DNA of 15,452 nucleotides, taken from the NCBI GenBank assembly GCA_046597055.1, contig JBKJLC010000258.1, positions 1 to 15,452 on the forward strand. The letters are read 5' to 3'. The notes under the pieces are model-generated. The model was not told the DNA's origin. It was given only the letters and a program-made list of their open reading frames with translations, and did no database searches. Positions within the stretch are counted from its first letter, which is position 1, and every line of letters starts with the position of its first letter. The translations under genes and the position numbers were made by a program. Shown here in pieces: positions 14,801-15,452 of the stretch. The stretch comes from Kofleriaceae bacterium (GTDB lineage Bacteria; Myxococcota_A; Polyangia; Haliangiales; Haliangiaceae).

Positions 14801-14902
14801 CTGCTGCCCCTGTGGAACGCGCGCGCCGCGGTCGCCGCCCGCGGCAGCGCCCTGCACGCGGCACCTGCGGCCCAGCGCCGCCGCTGCACCAGCCGTCCGT
14901 GA
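11882..14902 (+). CDS. Fusion protein: CBM48/AMPK-type glycogen-binding domain + neopullulanase-like N-domain + GH13 catalytic domain + radical SAM domain with degenerate SPASM/twitch tail, ~1006 aa
   Basis: GTG 11882 preceded by GGAG (11871-74). GH13: VYTVFVDRF, GGDLDGV, HRYD, DLAITH, DGVRVDAA (Asp 13037-39), FGEV (Glu 13124-26), GTHD (Asp 13316-18), LLYYGDEIG. Radical SAM: CNLRCRHC (13943-13966), GGE, SNG, VSLDG. One uninterrupted frame. Confidence 0.88.
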   Translation: MRPEPPVTITVRARPDRPLAALELRGELPHWSAPHPMTAAGDGFEVALALGAGVYPIKAHAPDGTWWLDPRWRTVREGDDDNGVVVVGGTVEPVLHAPAPPWLDRRDDGAVIVRASLRRGHGRGLAIRADDGGGVVTRPMRVVDADAAHVHFEVALAGAGRRLEYAFALDDGRTVGGDGGAWLRVDLAALPPAPPAWWPGAVVYTVFVDRFRRAAGWADPDRCDRDHHAGGDLDGVIAALPYLIDLGVTALHLTPIGPARSPHRYDAVDPRAVDPALGGDAGFERLLAAAHRAGLRVLVDLAITHVHRDAPQFQDVLARGPASPYWSWFRVRHWPCFDGPEPGYDHYHKGQWREPLLALDEPEVADWVVETFAAWARRGVDGVRVDAAADVPVALIARIRTAVRAIQPDAVVFGEVVPACLDRFAPAALDAGTDFAAQGALVDWLAGRSAAAGLAAVWARQRRRGVAGPRGLGFTGTHDQPRIATVTDPARARLGLLAIALGARVPLLYYGDEIGLAAAAAAADRGFEDSWPDRQPMRWDASGWDGATHALVRAALGLRRDREVLRGGDEVVWADGEVVVLRRTHGDQTVDVLLHRGAEAVTIALPPGDAAAVLLATGGAHLSGGPDNPQAILPPASGLVLDRAAPPLPQAQVLVARNTELAAEAFVAGMVTIPTYPTRLYLTVTEACNLRCRHCITDAPARTQGGRARTLAPWLLDGLDEAFAHADYVGFTHGGEALASPRLPEVLRRLGAARARRPGRLDVHLASNGMLLDGERVRELVGLGVTSLMVSLDGATAATNDRIRVLGKLDRVVANLAAAVAWRTRTGADLRIGVSTVVGRINLAELPALGRLCAGLGLDWLKVEETYPVNGFARTDALAPTDPALADALAGLRTAVTDSPLVLVDHLAAPAGCTCTAADDPAVTRFRAADDYANRATFRPCRAAWEQAAIDPDGIVHLIDHAGPVLGNLLDAPLLPLWNARAAVAARGSALHAAPAAQRRRCTSRP

Positions 14903-14912
14903 ACCGGACGGC
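14892..14912. terminator. GC-rich hairpin at a convergent gene junction
   Basis: 8-bp stem GCCGTCCG / CGGACGGC with the TGA stop in the 5-nt loop. There is no U-tract, so terminator function is uncertain. Confidence 0.3.
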
Positions 14913-14920
14913 CCGCCGGC

Positions 14921-15445
14921 TCAGTTGGCGTTGCCGGTGTTGCCGGCGCCCTGCCCGGCCTGGTTCCGGTACACGTTGCCGCCCGAGCTGTACTCGACCA
15001 GCTCGGTCACCGCGCGCGGGTACTCGGGGTACTTCACGCAGCGCGACACGATGAAGACCTTGAGGTCGTTGTCCTGGGCGGCGTTGTTGTCGAGCGGCGG
15101 CAGCTCGTCATCGTTGTCACGCAGGGTGACCTCGAAGTCGGGCGGCGCGCCGGCCACGCCGTCGAGGCTGCCGGTGATCGGGTACCAGTACGGATCGTTG
15201 GCAGGGTTGCTGTCGAGCGCGTCGCTCCACGTGGCGTAGTTGCCGGCGACCACACTGCGGGCGGTCGCCAGCCCGGCCTCGGCACAGAACAGGGCCCGGC
15301 GCGCCGACGCGGTGTAGCCGATCGAACGGGTCTCCGCGGTGAGCAGGTACACCGACGTCCCGGCCGCGACCAGCATGCCGGTGAGGATGATCATGGTCGT
15401 CATCAGCGCAGCGCCGCGCTGGCGACCGGCTCTGGATCGGGTCAT
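14921..15445 (-). CDS. PilX-like type IV pilus assembly / minor pilin protein, 174 aa
   Basis: Class III signal-like RQRG|AALMTTMIILTGMLVAAG and the PilX N-terminal motif ALFCAEAGL. Probably the last gene of a minor-pilin operon lying beyond the window. Confidence 0.78.
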   Translation of the reverse strand: MTRSRAGRQRGAALMTTMIILTGMLVAAGTSVYLLTAETRSIGYTASARRALFCAEAGLATARSVVAGNYATWSDALDSNPANDPYWYPITGSLDGVAGAPPDFEVTLRDNDDELPPLDNNAAQDNDLKVFIVSRCVKYPEYPRAVTELVEYSSGGNVYRNQAGQGAGNTGNAN

Positions 15446-15452
15446 GGCACTG

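Noticed and set aside
11816..14857. 1013-aa antisense ORF, and other long overlapping ORFs such as 3906..6164 +, 3841..5034 - and 12079..14217 +
   Set aside because: Shadow frames expected in very GC-rich coding DNA. They have no recognisable motifs and overlap well-supported genes.

Overview
High-GC bacterial chromosomal DNA, probably Myxococcota (inferred from an AgmX/PglI-like C-terminal domain protein, a PilX-like gene, an RRM protein and a sigma54 promoter). I can support 14 genes. (1) A translationally coupled + strand block: AlbA_2/Schlafen-HATPase_c_4 protein, ParA-family ATPase, adenine deaminase, LURP-one/scramblase-like protein. (2) A - strand block: YkvA/DUF1232 protein, secreted AgmX/TonB-C-like protein, HNH nuclease, and an exported dikinase-like lipoprotein with glucan-water-dikinase-type domain order. 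(3) mdh, an RRM RNA-binding protein and an overlapping small hypothetical gene. (4) A putative sigma54-driven operon: tandem-CBM21 lipoprotein, PHP phosphoesterase, and a ~1006-aa fusion of CBM48-like/neopullulanase-type GH13 with a radical SAM domain. (5) A convergent PilX-like gene. The GH13-radical SAM operon is the best candidate for an undescribed system. No rRNA, tRNA, CRISPR array or transposase was recognised. All family calls come from reading motifs by eye, not from database searches.
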